From positions 1 to 59,585 of the forward strand of contig JAQVVF010000006.1 in assembly GCA_028699085.1 (NCBI GenBank): a DNA stretch of 59,585 nt, read 5' to 3'. Shown piece after piece: positions 17,627-25,163 of this stretch. Origin of the DNA: Patescibacteria group bacterium (lineage in GTDB: Bacteria > Patescibacteriota > JABMPQ01 > JAQVVF01). The stretch's first letter is position 1. Each line of letters begins with the position of its first letter. The notes beneath the pieces were generated by a model. It did no database searches and was not told where the DNA came from. It saw only the letters and a program-made list of their open reading frames with translations. A program made the translations under genes and the position numbers.

Positions 17627-18418
17627 ATGGCAACTCCTGCATCTTGGAAAACTGAACTTAAATTTCGATGGCTGGAGATCAAAAATTTCTTTTTGACAAA
17701 AATATGGCCGAAAATCGTTGCAATCAAGAATGGATTGTCAATTTTGGCAAAGATCAAAAGATATATCAGACTGATTACATTTGCAGTTGTGATTATCGCA
17801 CTTCTGGCGCTGATCGCTGTGTTTAGCAAAGCTCTTTATTCGAATGACAAATCCAAATTTTCAGGCTGTAATTGCAATTCTGAGCCAAGTGTTTCTGATG
17901 CAGGAGTTCCTGTCAAGACTGACCCTGAATCGAATGTTCCAAAAGTTGAAAGAACTCGATTTCCAATTGATCCTGATGTTGGCGTAGAAGTTGAACCTGA
18001 AATTAAAAAGAAGACTCATGTTCTCGGTGAATCTGCAGAAGCATTCTGGAAAGTTGTGCTAATTCAAGGTGGCAAAAAAGGGAAACAAGTTGAACCAGCC
18101 GCTATTGATCACTGGAAAGCTGAACTTCAGTTAATGCGCTATCGGTGCGATAGCTATTATAATGAACGAGTGGAAGTAAATTGCTGGAGAGATGAAAATT
18201 ATTGTGATGTTTCATTTGTTTCGAAAGTTGCAGAAAAAAAATACAGGATGTTCTTCAGATCAAAAGTTTCGGTCAAAGGCTATGACGAAATCACAGACTG
18301 GAAGGTTTATAGCGTAAATCCTGGAGTAATTGGCAAAATGACGATTGAAGATCGAGTCAGTCTCGTTGACCAAATCATTCAAGCTCGGCCAAATTGCAAT
18401 CCTTTCAATTCGAAATAA
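17627..18418 (+). CDS. membrane-anchored hypothetical protein (263 aa) with Cys-containing extracytoplasmic domain
   Basis: Single TM segment LITFAVVIIALLALIAVF, then a Pro/Val/Glu-rich linker and a Cys-containing domain. AAGGAG SD with a 6-nt spacer. Confidence 0.65.
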   Translation: MATPASWKTELKFRWLEIKNFFLTKIWPKIVAIKNGLSILAKIKRYIRLITFAVVIIALLALIAVFSKALYSNDKSKFSGCNCNSEPSVSDAGVPVKTDPESNVPKVERTRFPIDPDVGVEVEPEIKKKTHVLGESAEAFWKVVLIQGGKKGKQVEPAAIDHWKAELQLMRYRCDSYYNERVEVNCWRDENYCDVSFVSKVAEKKYRMFFRSKVSVKGYDEITDWKVYSVNPGVIGKMTIEDRVSLVDQIIQARPNCNPFNSK

Positions 18419-18535
18419 AATAAGTTCTTTGTTTAGTCCTCATTAATTTGGGGATTTTTTTTATTGTCTAATATTGACTTTTATGCGAATTTTGTTAGAC
18501 TTAGACTATATTTAAACAATAAATTAAATAATATT

Positions 18536-19825
18536 ATGAAAGTAAACGTTCAAAAATTACCAAAATCAAGCGTAAAAATCAAGATAGAAGTTGAACCTTC
18601 AGAAATTGAAGTGAAATTAGACTTAGCTTCTAAAAACATTGCTAAAGACATGAAAATGCCTGGATTTCGACCTGGTCATATTCCAGCTAACATTGTAAAA
18701 AAAGAAGTTGGCGAGATGAGAGTCTGGCAAGAAGCTTGCGCTATTGTTTTGCCTCAAATGTATGCTAAAGCTATAATTGATAATAAATTAGAAGCTATAG
18801 GCCAGCCAAAAGTTAACGTCGAAAAGATTGCGCCAAATAATCCGTTAGTTTTTACAGCTGAAGTTGCCTTATTACCTGAATTTAAATTGCCAGAATATAA
18901 AAATATTAAGATAAAAGAAAAAAAAGTTGAAGTTAAAGACAGTGAAGTTGATGCTGCATTGAAACAATTACAGACAAGCAGAACACACACATATAAAGTT
19001 GAAAGAGAAGCAAAAAAAGATGATATGGTAGTAGTTGATTTCAAAACATTCTTAGACAACATTCCAGTTGATAAAGGACAAAGCGTTGATCATCCAATTG
19101 TAATTGGCGAAGGCAGATTTATTCCTGGATTTGAAGATCAACTCGTTGGCTTGAAAGCAAATGATAAAAAAGAATTTAAATTAAATTTTCCGAAAGATTA
19201 TCATCAAAAAAATCTCGCAGGAAAAGAAGTTGAATTTAAAGTAGAAGTAAAATCTGTTAATGAAAGACATTTGCCAGAATTAAATGATGAATTTGCTAAA
19301 AAATTAGGCAAATTTCAGAGCATGGTTGAATTAAAATCAGAAATTAAAAAGAATATGGAATTGGAAGCAAAGGAAAAGGCAAGAGGAAGCGCAGAAATGG
19401 AATTAATGGACAAAATTGCTGATAAGGCATCGATTGAGCTTCCTGAAGTTTTAGTTGAAAGCGAATTAAATAAAATGCTAGAAGAATTGAAAGGCATGGT
19501 ACAGTCATCTGGCGGACAATTTGATCAATATTTGCAAAGCCTAAAGAAAACCGAGGAAGAACTAAAGAAAGATCTAAGAGAAAGAGCTGAAAAGAGAGTT
19601 AAAATTGGTTTAATCTTGAGAGAAATTACAAAGCAAGAAAAAATAGCTGTAGATGAGAAAGAATTAGAACACGAAATTGAACATACTGCTTCACATTATC
19701 AGCATGATCCAAAGATGGTTGAAAAAATTAAGAGCGAAGATTATAAAGAATATGCTAGAGGATTAATGCAGAATAAAAAAGTATTTGAAATGCTGAGAAA
19801 GACTTGCATTGAAGAAGAGAAATAA
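18536..19825 (+). CDS. tig: trigger factor
   Basis: N-terminal ribosome-binding region with PGFRPGHIP, an FKBP-like domain (FIPGFEDQLVG), and a C-terminal helical arm. Start moved from TTG 18464 to ATG 18536. Confidence 0.93.
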   Translation: MKVNVQKLPKSSVKIKIEVEPSEIEVKLDLASKNIAKDMKMPGFRPGHIPANIVKKEVGEMRVWQEACAIVLPQMYAKAIIDNKLEAIGQPKVNVEKIAPNNPLVFTAEVALLPEFKLPEYKNIKIKEKKVEVKDSEVDAALKQLQTSRTHTYKVEREAKKDDMVVVDFKTFLDNIPVDKGQSVDHPIVIGEGRFIPGFEDQLVGLKANDKKEFKLNFPKDYHQKNLAGKEVEFKVEVKSVNERHLPELNDEFAKKLGKFQSMVELKSEIKKNMELEAKEKARGSAEMELMDKIADKASIELPEVLVESELNKMLEELKGMVQSSGGQFDQYLQSLKKTEEELKKDLRERAEKRVKIGLILREITKQEKIAVDEKELEHEIEHTASHYQHDPKMVEKIKSEDYKEYARGLMQNKKVFEMLRKTCIEEEK

Positions 19826-19881
19826 TCAAGATACAAGATACAAATAAATCTCAAATTAAAATAACCAAATTACAAACCTAA

Positions 19882-19906
19882 AGCGCGAACTAATTGCGCT
19901 TTTTTG
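19882..19906 (+). terminator. intrinsic terminator of tig
   Basis: AGCGC gaactaatt GCGCT followed by TTTTT. Confidence 0.65.
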
Positions 19907-19923
19907 TTTGATGTCAGAATAGA

Positions 19924-19951
19924 TTGGCATTTTAATTTTATCTGCTATAAT
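19924..19951 (+). promoter_or_regulatory. sigma70-like promoter (TTGGCA-16 nt-TATAAT)
   Basis: TTGGCA at 19924-19929, TATAAT at 19946-19951. Confidence 0.55.
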
Positions 19952-19989
19952 GAAAAGCCAAAAATTTTTGGCCAACATAGGAGGCAGAG

Positions 19990-20853
19990 ATGACAAGCAA
20001 TCGCGCACAGCAGATTAAAGAAAGTCGACAACAGGATCAAGAGACCTTGATGATTCGTCGCGAACGAAAGAAGCAGATTATGAAAATAAGAAAAGAGCGT
20101 CGGGCTGCTTATCGTCTGCACATCGACCAGCATAAGGATCACGATGATCTCGATTGCTGGTGGTGCGAGGAACGAGCTTCGGCATTACGCGAACAAAAAC
20201 TGGAAGAGGAGATACGAGTGCACGAAGCTCTGGGTGAAAACTGGCAGTTTGAACAACAACGTCATCTTCCTGATATAGCTGCTGTACGAATTGCTCAGGG
20301 AACCCCAGAAACTGTTGAATGGCTGTCCGCGCTAGTGATGGGCAAATTCCATAGCAACGAGGGCCTTTGCACGCGTAGGGAACTGGTAAGGATGCTCAGT
20401 TCTATGGAACTTGTAGTGATTCCAAGCCAGAATCCACACAACATTTCTTCGGTAAGCGATTTGGTTGTTATCGTTGTTCCGTGTTTGGCAGTTCGAGCCG
20501 ACGGCAAGCTTATCAGAAATGAAAATGGCCGGCGAATTTACCTGCCGAGGTTTTGCTTGCTCTCGTCTGAAGAGGGGCTGCTGGCGGTTCGTCTTCGAAG
20601 ACAAAAACTGGTCGACATCCTGGTCGAAAGACAGGGTGTTGACTATTCTACTGCCGAGGAATTAGTTATCGTGGCTGAGGACGAAATTTCAGCTTGGCAT
20701 GATGGCTGCCTATCGCTTGGCGATTTGAGGCCACTGCCCCTTGGAATCGTCAAGGATATGCTACTGAAGGCCACAGCTCAGTTAGAAAAGTTGGAAGAGG
20801 AATATTCTACTCTCGTATCTCTTCCGACTCGGTCTAGCAACCCTAAAGACTAG
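19990..20853 (+). CDS. hypothetical protein (287 aa), the most GC-rich ORF in the window
   Basis: GGAGG lies 5 nt before the ATG. Arg/Glu-rich N-terminal helix. No motif recognised. Long antisense ORFs over it are a by-product of its composition. Confidence 0.65.
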   Translation: MTSNRAQQIKESRQQDQETLMIRRERKKQIMKIRKERRAAYRLHIDQHKDHDDLDCWWCEERASALREQKLEEEIRVHEALGENWQFEQQRHLPDIAAVRIAQGTPETVEWLSALVMGKFHSNEGLCTRRELVRMLSSMELVVIPSQNPHNISSVSDLVVIVVPCLAVRADGKLIRNENGRRIYLPRFCLLSSEEGLLAVRLRRQKLVDILVERQGVDYSTAEELVIVAEDEISAWHDGCLSLGDLRPLPLGIVKDMLLKATAQLEKLEEEYSTLVSLPTRSSNPKD

Positions 20854-20872
20854 CACCTTCTGTTCTTTGGAG

Positions 20873-20907
20873 CAAGGGAACAGCCTTATTAAATTGCTGT
20901 TCCCTTG
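20873..20907 (+). repeat. 12-bp perfect hairpin without a U-tract, directly after the 19990-20853 stop
   Basis: CAAGGGAACAGC cttattaaatt GCTGTTCCCTTG. Confidence 0.5.
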
Positions 20908-20960
20908 GTCCTCTCATAAAACATAAACTTCAGTTTGTGTTTTGCGAAAGGATATAAAAA

Positions 20961-20982
20961 CTCGCATGCTTGCGGGTTTTTT
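20961..20982 (+). terminator. intrinsic terminator
   Basis: CTCGCA tgct TGCGGG followed by TTTTTT. Confidence 0.6.
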
Positions 20983-21064
20983 GTTTTTGTTTTTTTAGAT
21001 TATTTTAGGTATAATACGTAATGGACAAACATTGTTTATTCACTATAATAATTAAAACAAAAAC

Positions 21065-21511
21065 ATGAAAGTAAAAGATATCATGACCAATAATGTTGTA
21101 ACTTGTGATGTTACAACACCAGTGAATTCCGTTGCAAACAAATTAGTTGATAATCATATTACTGGCATGCCAGTAATGGATGGCGAAAAGATTGTTGGCA
21201 TTATTACTGAAGCTGATTTGATTATGCAAAAAGCAAAAATTCAGATTCCTCAATATATTCAAATTCTGGATAGCTATCTATATCTAGAAGATCCGAGTGA
21301 AGTTGAAACTGAATTAAAAAAAATTACAGGGATGACAGCAAAAGAAGTTATGACTTCTAAACCAATAACAATTAAGTCAAATGGTTCTGTTTCTGATCTT
21401 GCAACTTTGATTGAAGAAAATCATATCAATCCGATTCCGGTTGTTGATAATGACAAACTTGTTGGAATTGTTAGCCGAGCTGATATTGTGAAGTTACTTG
21501 CAAGAGGCTAG
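21065..21511 (+). CDS. CBS-domain pair protein
   Basis: Two CBS repeats: VKDIMTNNVVT..GMPVMDGEKIVGIITEADL and AKEVMTSKPIT..IPVVDNDKLVGIVSRADI. Confidence 0.85.
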   Translation: MKVKDIMTNNVVTCDVTTPVNSVANKLVDNHITGMPVMDGEKIVGIITEADLIMQKAKIQIPQYIQILDSYLYLEDPSEVETELKKITGMTAKEVMTSKPITIKSNGSVSDLATLIEENHINPIPVVDNDKLVGIVSRADIVKLLARG

Positions 21512-21515
21512 CTTT

Positions 21516-21622
21516 AATTTTGAATTTTGAATCAATTTTGAATATTTAATTTCTAATTTTAATAAGAAATTGTTTTGAGATTTAATATTATAATTTTTAA
21601 AATTAATTCGAAATTCGAAATT
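21516..21622 (+). repeat. long AU-rich intergenic hairpin filling the CBS/kinase spacer
   Basis: Arm 21516-21539 pairs with arm 21599-21622 at 23 of 24 positions, including two U-G wobbles that exist only in the + strand RNA. The hairpin ends 1 nt before ATG 21623. Confidence 0.6.
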
Positions 21623-22141
21623 ATGTTAATTCTTGTTGCCGGCCTTCCTGGAGTTGGCAAAAGTACAGTTGGACAAATGTTAAGGGCTAAACTTAGAGAA
21701 CAGGTAATTGAGTCAGATCAACTTAAACCAACTAAAAAAATGTTAGATGGATTAAAAAATAGAAGTTTTTGGGCAAAAGAAGTCAAAACTTCAGTTTATA
21801 ATACGTTATTTTCTAATGGGGCGAAAAGATTAATGAATGGTCAAAGTGTTATATTAAATGCAACCTTTTTTAAAAATGTTTATGTTGATCAAGCAAAAAG
21901 ATTAGCAGAGCTGTTCAAAACTAAACTTTATATTATTGAAGTAAAATGTGATGAAGAGATCACTAAAAAAAGAATTGAAAAGCGTTTTAAAGATAAGGAG
22001 AGCGAAGTAACAATGAAGACTTATCACATTATTAAAAGTAAATCTGAACCAATACTTGAAAAAAAGATTACAATTTATAATAACGAGGGCAAAAAAGAAC
22101 TAGAGAAGCAAGTTAATAAAGTTATTAAAAAAATAAAATAG
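21623..22141 (+). CDS. P-loop NTPase / AAA_33-like kinase
   Basis: Walker A GLPGVGKST at the N-terminus. Start moved to ATG 21623. Confidence 0.7.
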   Translation: MLILVAGLPGVGKSTVGQMLRAKLREQVIESDQLKPTKKMLDGLKNRSFWAKEVKTSVYNTLFSNGAKRLMNGQSVILNATFFKNVYVDQAKRLAELFKTKLYIIEVKCDEEITKKRIEKRFKDKESEVTMKTYHIIKSKSEPILEKKITIYNNEGKKELEKQVNKVIKKIK

Positions 22142-22144
22142 TTT

Positions 22145-22192
22145 GTGGTCCGGCCTTTAGGCCGGAACTTCCCAGGCTAAAGCCTGGGCCAC
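22145..22192. repeat. GC-rich double-hairpin (REP-like) element
   Basis: GTGG TCCGGCC ttta GGCCGGA actt CCCAGGC taaa GCCTGGG CCAC: two 7-bp hairpins enclosed by a 4-bp outer stem, in an otherwise AT-rich spacer. Confidence 0.55.
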
Positions 22193-22216
22193 ATTTTAGG
22201 ATTAACTTTTTAAATT

Positions 22217-22999
22217 ATGGAAAACTTTTTAAAGGAAGCAATTGAGATTGCAAAAAAGGCAGGTAAATCATTAATGAATGATTACCAAAATTTAAGTGAG
22301 AGAGATATTTATGCCAAGGGAAGCAATGAACTTGTAACTAAAGCAGATATTAAAGCTGATAAAATTATTGTTAATTATCTTAAAGAAAAATTTCCAAAGC
22401 ATAATATTGAATCCGAAGAACAAAACAAAATTGATAATAAATCTGACTATACTTGGGTGATTGATCCTTTAGATGGTACAACAAATTTTATTATTCAAAA
22501 TCCTTTGTTTGCTGTCTCAATCGCTTTGATTCGTGCAAATGAAATTCAGTTAGGTGTTATTTATGCACCATTTTTAAAAGAATTGTACACAGTAACAAAA
22601 GACGGTAAGGCATTGCTATGGGATAAACCGTTAAATGTTTCTATGATTGATTCTGTCAAAGATTCAGTATTGCTTTTTTGTAGTGGACATAAAGCGATGC
22701 ATAAAGAAAAGACGATTAAGATTTATCAAGAATTTAAATTGAGAGCAAAATCATTGAAATCTTTTGGAGCTGCATCACTTGAATTAGCCTATGTTGCTTC
22801 TGGACGCGCTGATGCAATATTGTTACCTGGAGCGCCAATTTGGGATGTGGCAGCAGGAATTTTACTAGTCCGACAAGCAGGAGGCAAGGTAACTGATTTT
22901 AATAATGATGAATGGACTGTAAGATCACGAGATACTTTTGCAACAAATGGAAAAGTCCATGAAAATTTGATGAATGATACACAAAAAATTGGACTCTAA
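22217..22999 (+). CDS. inositol monophosphatase family protein (SuhB-like)
   Basis: ESEE, WVIDPLDGTTNF, WDVAAGILLV. Confidence 0.88.
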   Translation: MENFLKEAIEIAKKAGKSLMNDYQNLSERDIYAKGSNELVTKADIKADKIIVNYLKEKFPKHNIESEEQNKIDNKSDYTWVIDPLDGTTNFIIQNPLFAVSIALIRANEIQLGVIYAPFLKELYTVTKDGKALLWDKPLNVSMIDSVKDSVLLFCSGHKAMHKEKTIKIYQEFKLRAKSLKSFGAASLELAYVASGRADAILLPGAPIWDVAAGILLVRQAGGKVTDFNNDEWTVRSRDTFATNGKVHENLMNDTQKIGL

Positions 23000-23022
23000 A
23001 TAATCAATAACCAATAATCAGA
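22997..23022 (+). repeat. left arm of a perfect 26-bp inverted repeat bracketing the four-helix-bundle gene
   Basis: TAAATAATCAATAACCAATAATCAGA. It starts at the stop codon of the upstream gene, and its exact reverse complement lies at 23465-23490. Confidence 0.85.
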
Positions 23023-23058
23023 AAATAATCAATCATCAATAACTAAATAACCAAAAAT

Positions 23059-23436
23059 ATGGAGGGTAGAAGGCAACATAATTTTGATTTGGAAAATAGA
23101 ACACTAGATTTTTCGAAAAGAGTAATAAGAATGTGTAATGCATTACCTAAAAATAATATTAACTTACCTTTGATTGATCAAGTAGTTAGAGCATCTTCCT
23201 CTGTTAGTGCGAATTACCGTGAAGCTAACGATGCATTAAGCAAAAAAGACAAATTAAATAGGATGAGAATTTCGAGAAAAGAAGCAAAAGAAAGCCATTA
23301 TTTCATTGAATTAATAATAGAAAATAATCAAGATATGAAAAAAAGAATATTGAATCTTTTTGATGAAGCTAATCAGCTGAAAAGAATTTTATCAGCGATT
23401 ATCGATTCTTTATCGAGTACGAAGGATAGTTTTTGA
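23059..23436 (+). CDS. four-helix-bundle protein (23S rRNA IVS protein / Avd-like family), second copy
   Basis: FSKRVIRMCNALPK ... VVRASSSVSANYREAN ... SRKEAKESHYF (TIGR02436/PF05635-like pattern). Confidence 0.8.
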   Translation: MEGRRQHNFDLENRTLDFSKRVIRMCNALPKNNINLPLIDQVVRASSSVSANYREANDALSKKDKLNRMRISRKEAKESHYFIELIIENNQDMKKRILNLFDEANQLKRILSAIIDSLSSTKDSF

Positions 23437-23464
23437 TTATTTTTAATTTGTTTATTGGTTATTC

Positions 23465-23490
23465 TCTGATTATTGGTTATTGATTATTTA
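23465..23490 (+). repeat. right arm of the perfect 26-bp inverted repeat
   Basis: TCTGATTATTGGTTATTGATTATTTA is the reverse complement of 22997-23022. Confidence 0.85.
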
Positions 23491-23495
23491 CATAT

Positions 23496-24068
23496 ATGCA
23501 ATCATTAACTCAAATTGCCGAACAAGTCAAAACTTGCCAAAAATGCGATTTATACAAGCAAGCAAAAAATCCAGTGCCTGGAGAAGGCAACGCACAAGCA
23601 AAAATAATGTTTATTGGTGAAGGACCTGGCGCCACAGAAGATGAATTAGGCAGACCATTCGTTGGCAATGCTGGGCAACTGCTTTCAAAACTTTTGGCTC
23701 TTGCAGGATTAAAACGAGAAGATGTATATATTGCGAATGTGGTGAAGCATCGACCGCCGAATAATCGTGATCCGCAACCAGATGAAGTTGCAGCTTGCTG
23801 GCCATATTTGGAAGAACAAATTAAGTTAATTAAGCCAAAAATTATCATTCCTCTTGGACGTCATGCAATGGCAAGATTTATCCCAATTGGTACGATCTCT
23901 AGAAATCAAGGCAGAGTATTCAGACGCGAAATTAAGAATCTAGGAAAATTATATTTTTATCCGATTTATCATCCAGCTGCTGCACTTCATCAGCCAAGTT
24001 TGTATCGAGATTTAGAAAATGCTTTCAGAAGATTGCCGGCAGTATTGAAGAAAGTGATGGCAAATTAG
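23496..24068 (+). CDS. uracil-DNA glycosylase, family 4
   Basis: CQKCDL, FIGEGPGATED, NVVKHRPP, HPAAAL. Confidence 0.88.
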   Translation: MQSLTQIAEQVKTCQKCDLYKQAKNPVPGEGNAQAKIMFIGEGPGATEDELGRPFVGNAGQLLSKLLALAGLKREDVYIANVVKHRPPNNRDPQPDEVAACWPYLEEQIKLIKPKIIIPLGRHAMARFIPIGTISRNQGRVFRREIKNLGKLYFYPIYHPAAALHQPSLYRDLENAFRRLPAVLKKVMAN

Positions 24069-24087
24069 ACCTTATTTATAATATAAA

Positions 24088-24108
24088 AACCGCAACATGC
24101 GGTTTTTG
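24088..24108 (+). terminator. intrinsic terminator
   Basis: ACCGC aacat GCGGT followed by TTTT. Confidence 0.65.
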
Positions 24109-24122
24109 TTTAGCAAAATCCC

Positions 24123-24151
24123 TTGCCAAGACCAAAAAAATGAGGTAGAAT
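24123..24151 (+). promoter_or_regulatory. sigma70-like promoter (TTGCCA-17 nt-TAGAAT) of rpmF
   Basis: TTGCCA at 24123-24128, TAGAAT at 24146-24151. Confidence 0.5.
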
Positions 24152-24202
24152 TATGTTAGCAAGAAATTTTTCATTTTGATTTTTTAATTTTAAATTTTTA
24201 AC

Positions 24203-24439
24203 ATGCCAGTTCCAAAAAAGAAACATACTAGATCAGCTGTTGGACAAAGAAGATCCCATCACGCTTTGAAACAAGTAAAATTAGCAAAATGTCCAAAATG
24301 CAGTAAACCTATTTTACCTCATACTGCTTGTTTAGCATGCGGAAATTATAATAATCGCCAAGTTATTGATATTGAAGCCAAAAAAGCTAAGAAAGCAAAG
24401 AAAGACAAAAAGAAACAACAGCAAGCACAACAAAAGTAA
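24203..24439 (+). CDS. rpmF: 50S ribosomal protein L32 with K-rich tail
   Basis: MPVPKKKHTRS..RRSHHAL and zinc ribbon CPKC..CLACG. Confidence 0.93.
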   Translation: MPVPKKKHTRSAVGQRRSHHALKQVKLAKCPKCSKPILPHTACLACGNYNNRQVIDIEAKKAKKAKKDKKKQQQAQQK

Positions 24440-24440
24440 T

Positions 24441-24566
24441 TACGAATAACCAATAAACAATAAACAGAAAATAATCAATAACCAAGAATAGAATAATCAG
24501 AAATTTTTGAAATTTGGTTATTGGAAATTGTTAATTCTTTGGTAATTGATTATAGGTTATTCGTTA
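24441..24566 (+). repeat. long intergenic hairpin of the AATAATCA / TGATTATT repeat family (empty form)
   Basis: Left arm is ACGAATAACCAATAAACAATAAACAGAAAATAATCAATAACC. Right arm ends GGTAATTGATTATAGGTTATTCGT. Confidence 0.6.
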
Positions 24567-24600
24567 AAATATTTGAGTAACATAATTAAAACAAAAAATC

Positions 24601-25038
24601 ATGTCTAATAGGCACCTTCTTAGAACAGTAGCATTACAAACACTCTACGAGTGGGATTTTTATGGTAAAGATGATAAACAACTATCCAAGTTTTTGAAAC
24701 AAAATATGGAAGAGTTTGCACCTGGTGCTGAAGAGCCTAATTTTGCAAAAGATTTGTGCTTAGGCGTAATTAAAAATATTAATGACATTGATAAAATAAT
24801 TACTGATGCTGCTCCTGATTGGCCACTAGATCAAATTACCATGGTTGATCGCAATGTTTTAAGAATGGGCGTCTTTGAACTACTTTTTGACAAAAACATA
24901 CCGCCGAAGGTAGCAATTAATGAGGCAATTGAATTAGCAAAAATGTTTGGCGGAAAATCATCAGGAAAATTTGTGAATGGAGTGCTAGGAAGTATATTTA
25001 GAAAGATGGAAGAGGAGATTGCGAAGAATAAAAAATAA
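24601..25038 (+). CDS. nusB: transcription antitermination factor NusB
   Basis: [13 protein letters not shown] ... [12 protein letters not shown] ... [18 protein letters not shown]. Confidence 0.9.
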   Translation: MSNRHLLRTVALQTLYEWDFYGKDDKQLSKFLKQNMEEFAPGAEEPNFAKDLCLGVIKNINDIDKIITDAAPDWPLDQITMVDRNVLRMGVFELLFDKNIPPKVAINEAIELAKMFGGKSSGKFVNGVLGSIFRKMEEEIAKNKK

Positions 25039-25044
25039 TTAGAA

Positions 25045-25153
25045 TTTTCAATTTTCAATTTACAATTTACAATCAATTACCAATTACCAATTTTCAAATA
25101 ACTTGAGAATTGATCATTGAAAATTTTTTGTAAATTGATTATTGTAAATTGAA
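25045..25153 (+). repeat. long intergenic hairpin (TTCAATTTACAAT word family) between nusB and rnc
   Basis: Left arm TTCAATTTACAATTTACAATCAATT is complementary to right arm AATTGATTATTGTAAATTGAA, with mismatches. Confidence 0.55.
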
Positions 25154-25163
25154 CATTTGCGCT

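Noticed and set aside
20295-20665. Antisense and out-of-frame ORFs 20295-20507, 20332-20604 and 20465-20665
   Set aside because: They all overlap the well-signalled 19990-20853 gene and lack their own SD or promoter. They are explained by the high G+C (few stop codons) of that gene.
15568-20982. Prophage or integrative island covering the GC-richer orphan genes
   Set aside because: There is no integrase, structural, replication or lysis gene and no flanking direct repeats. The core gene tig sits in the middle, and similar orphans are scattered singly elsewhere (8518, 9101, 11649, 26605).
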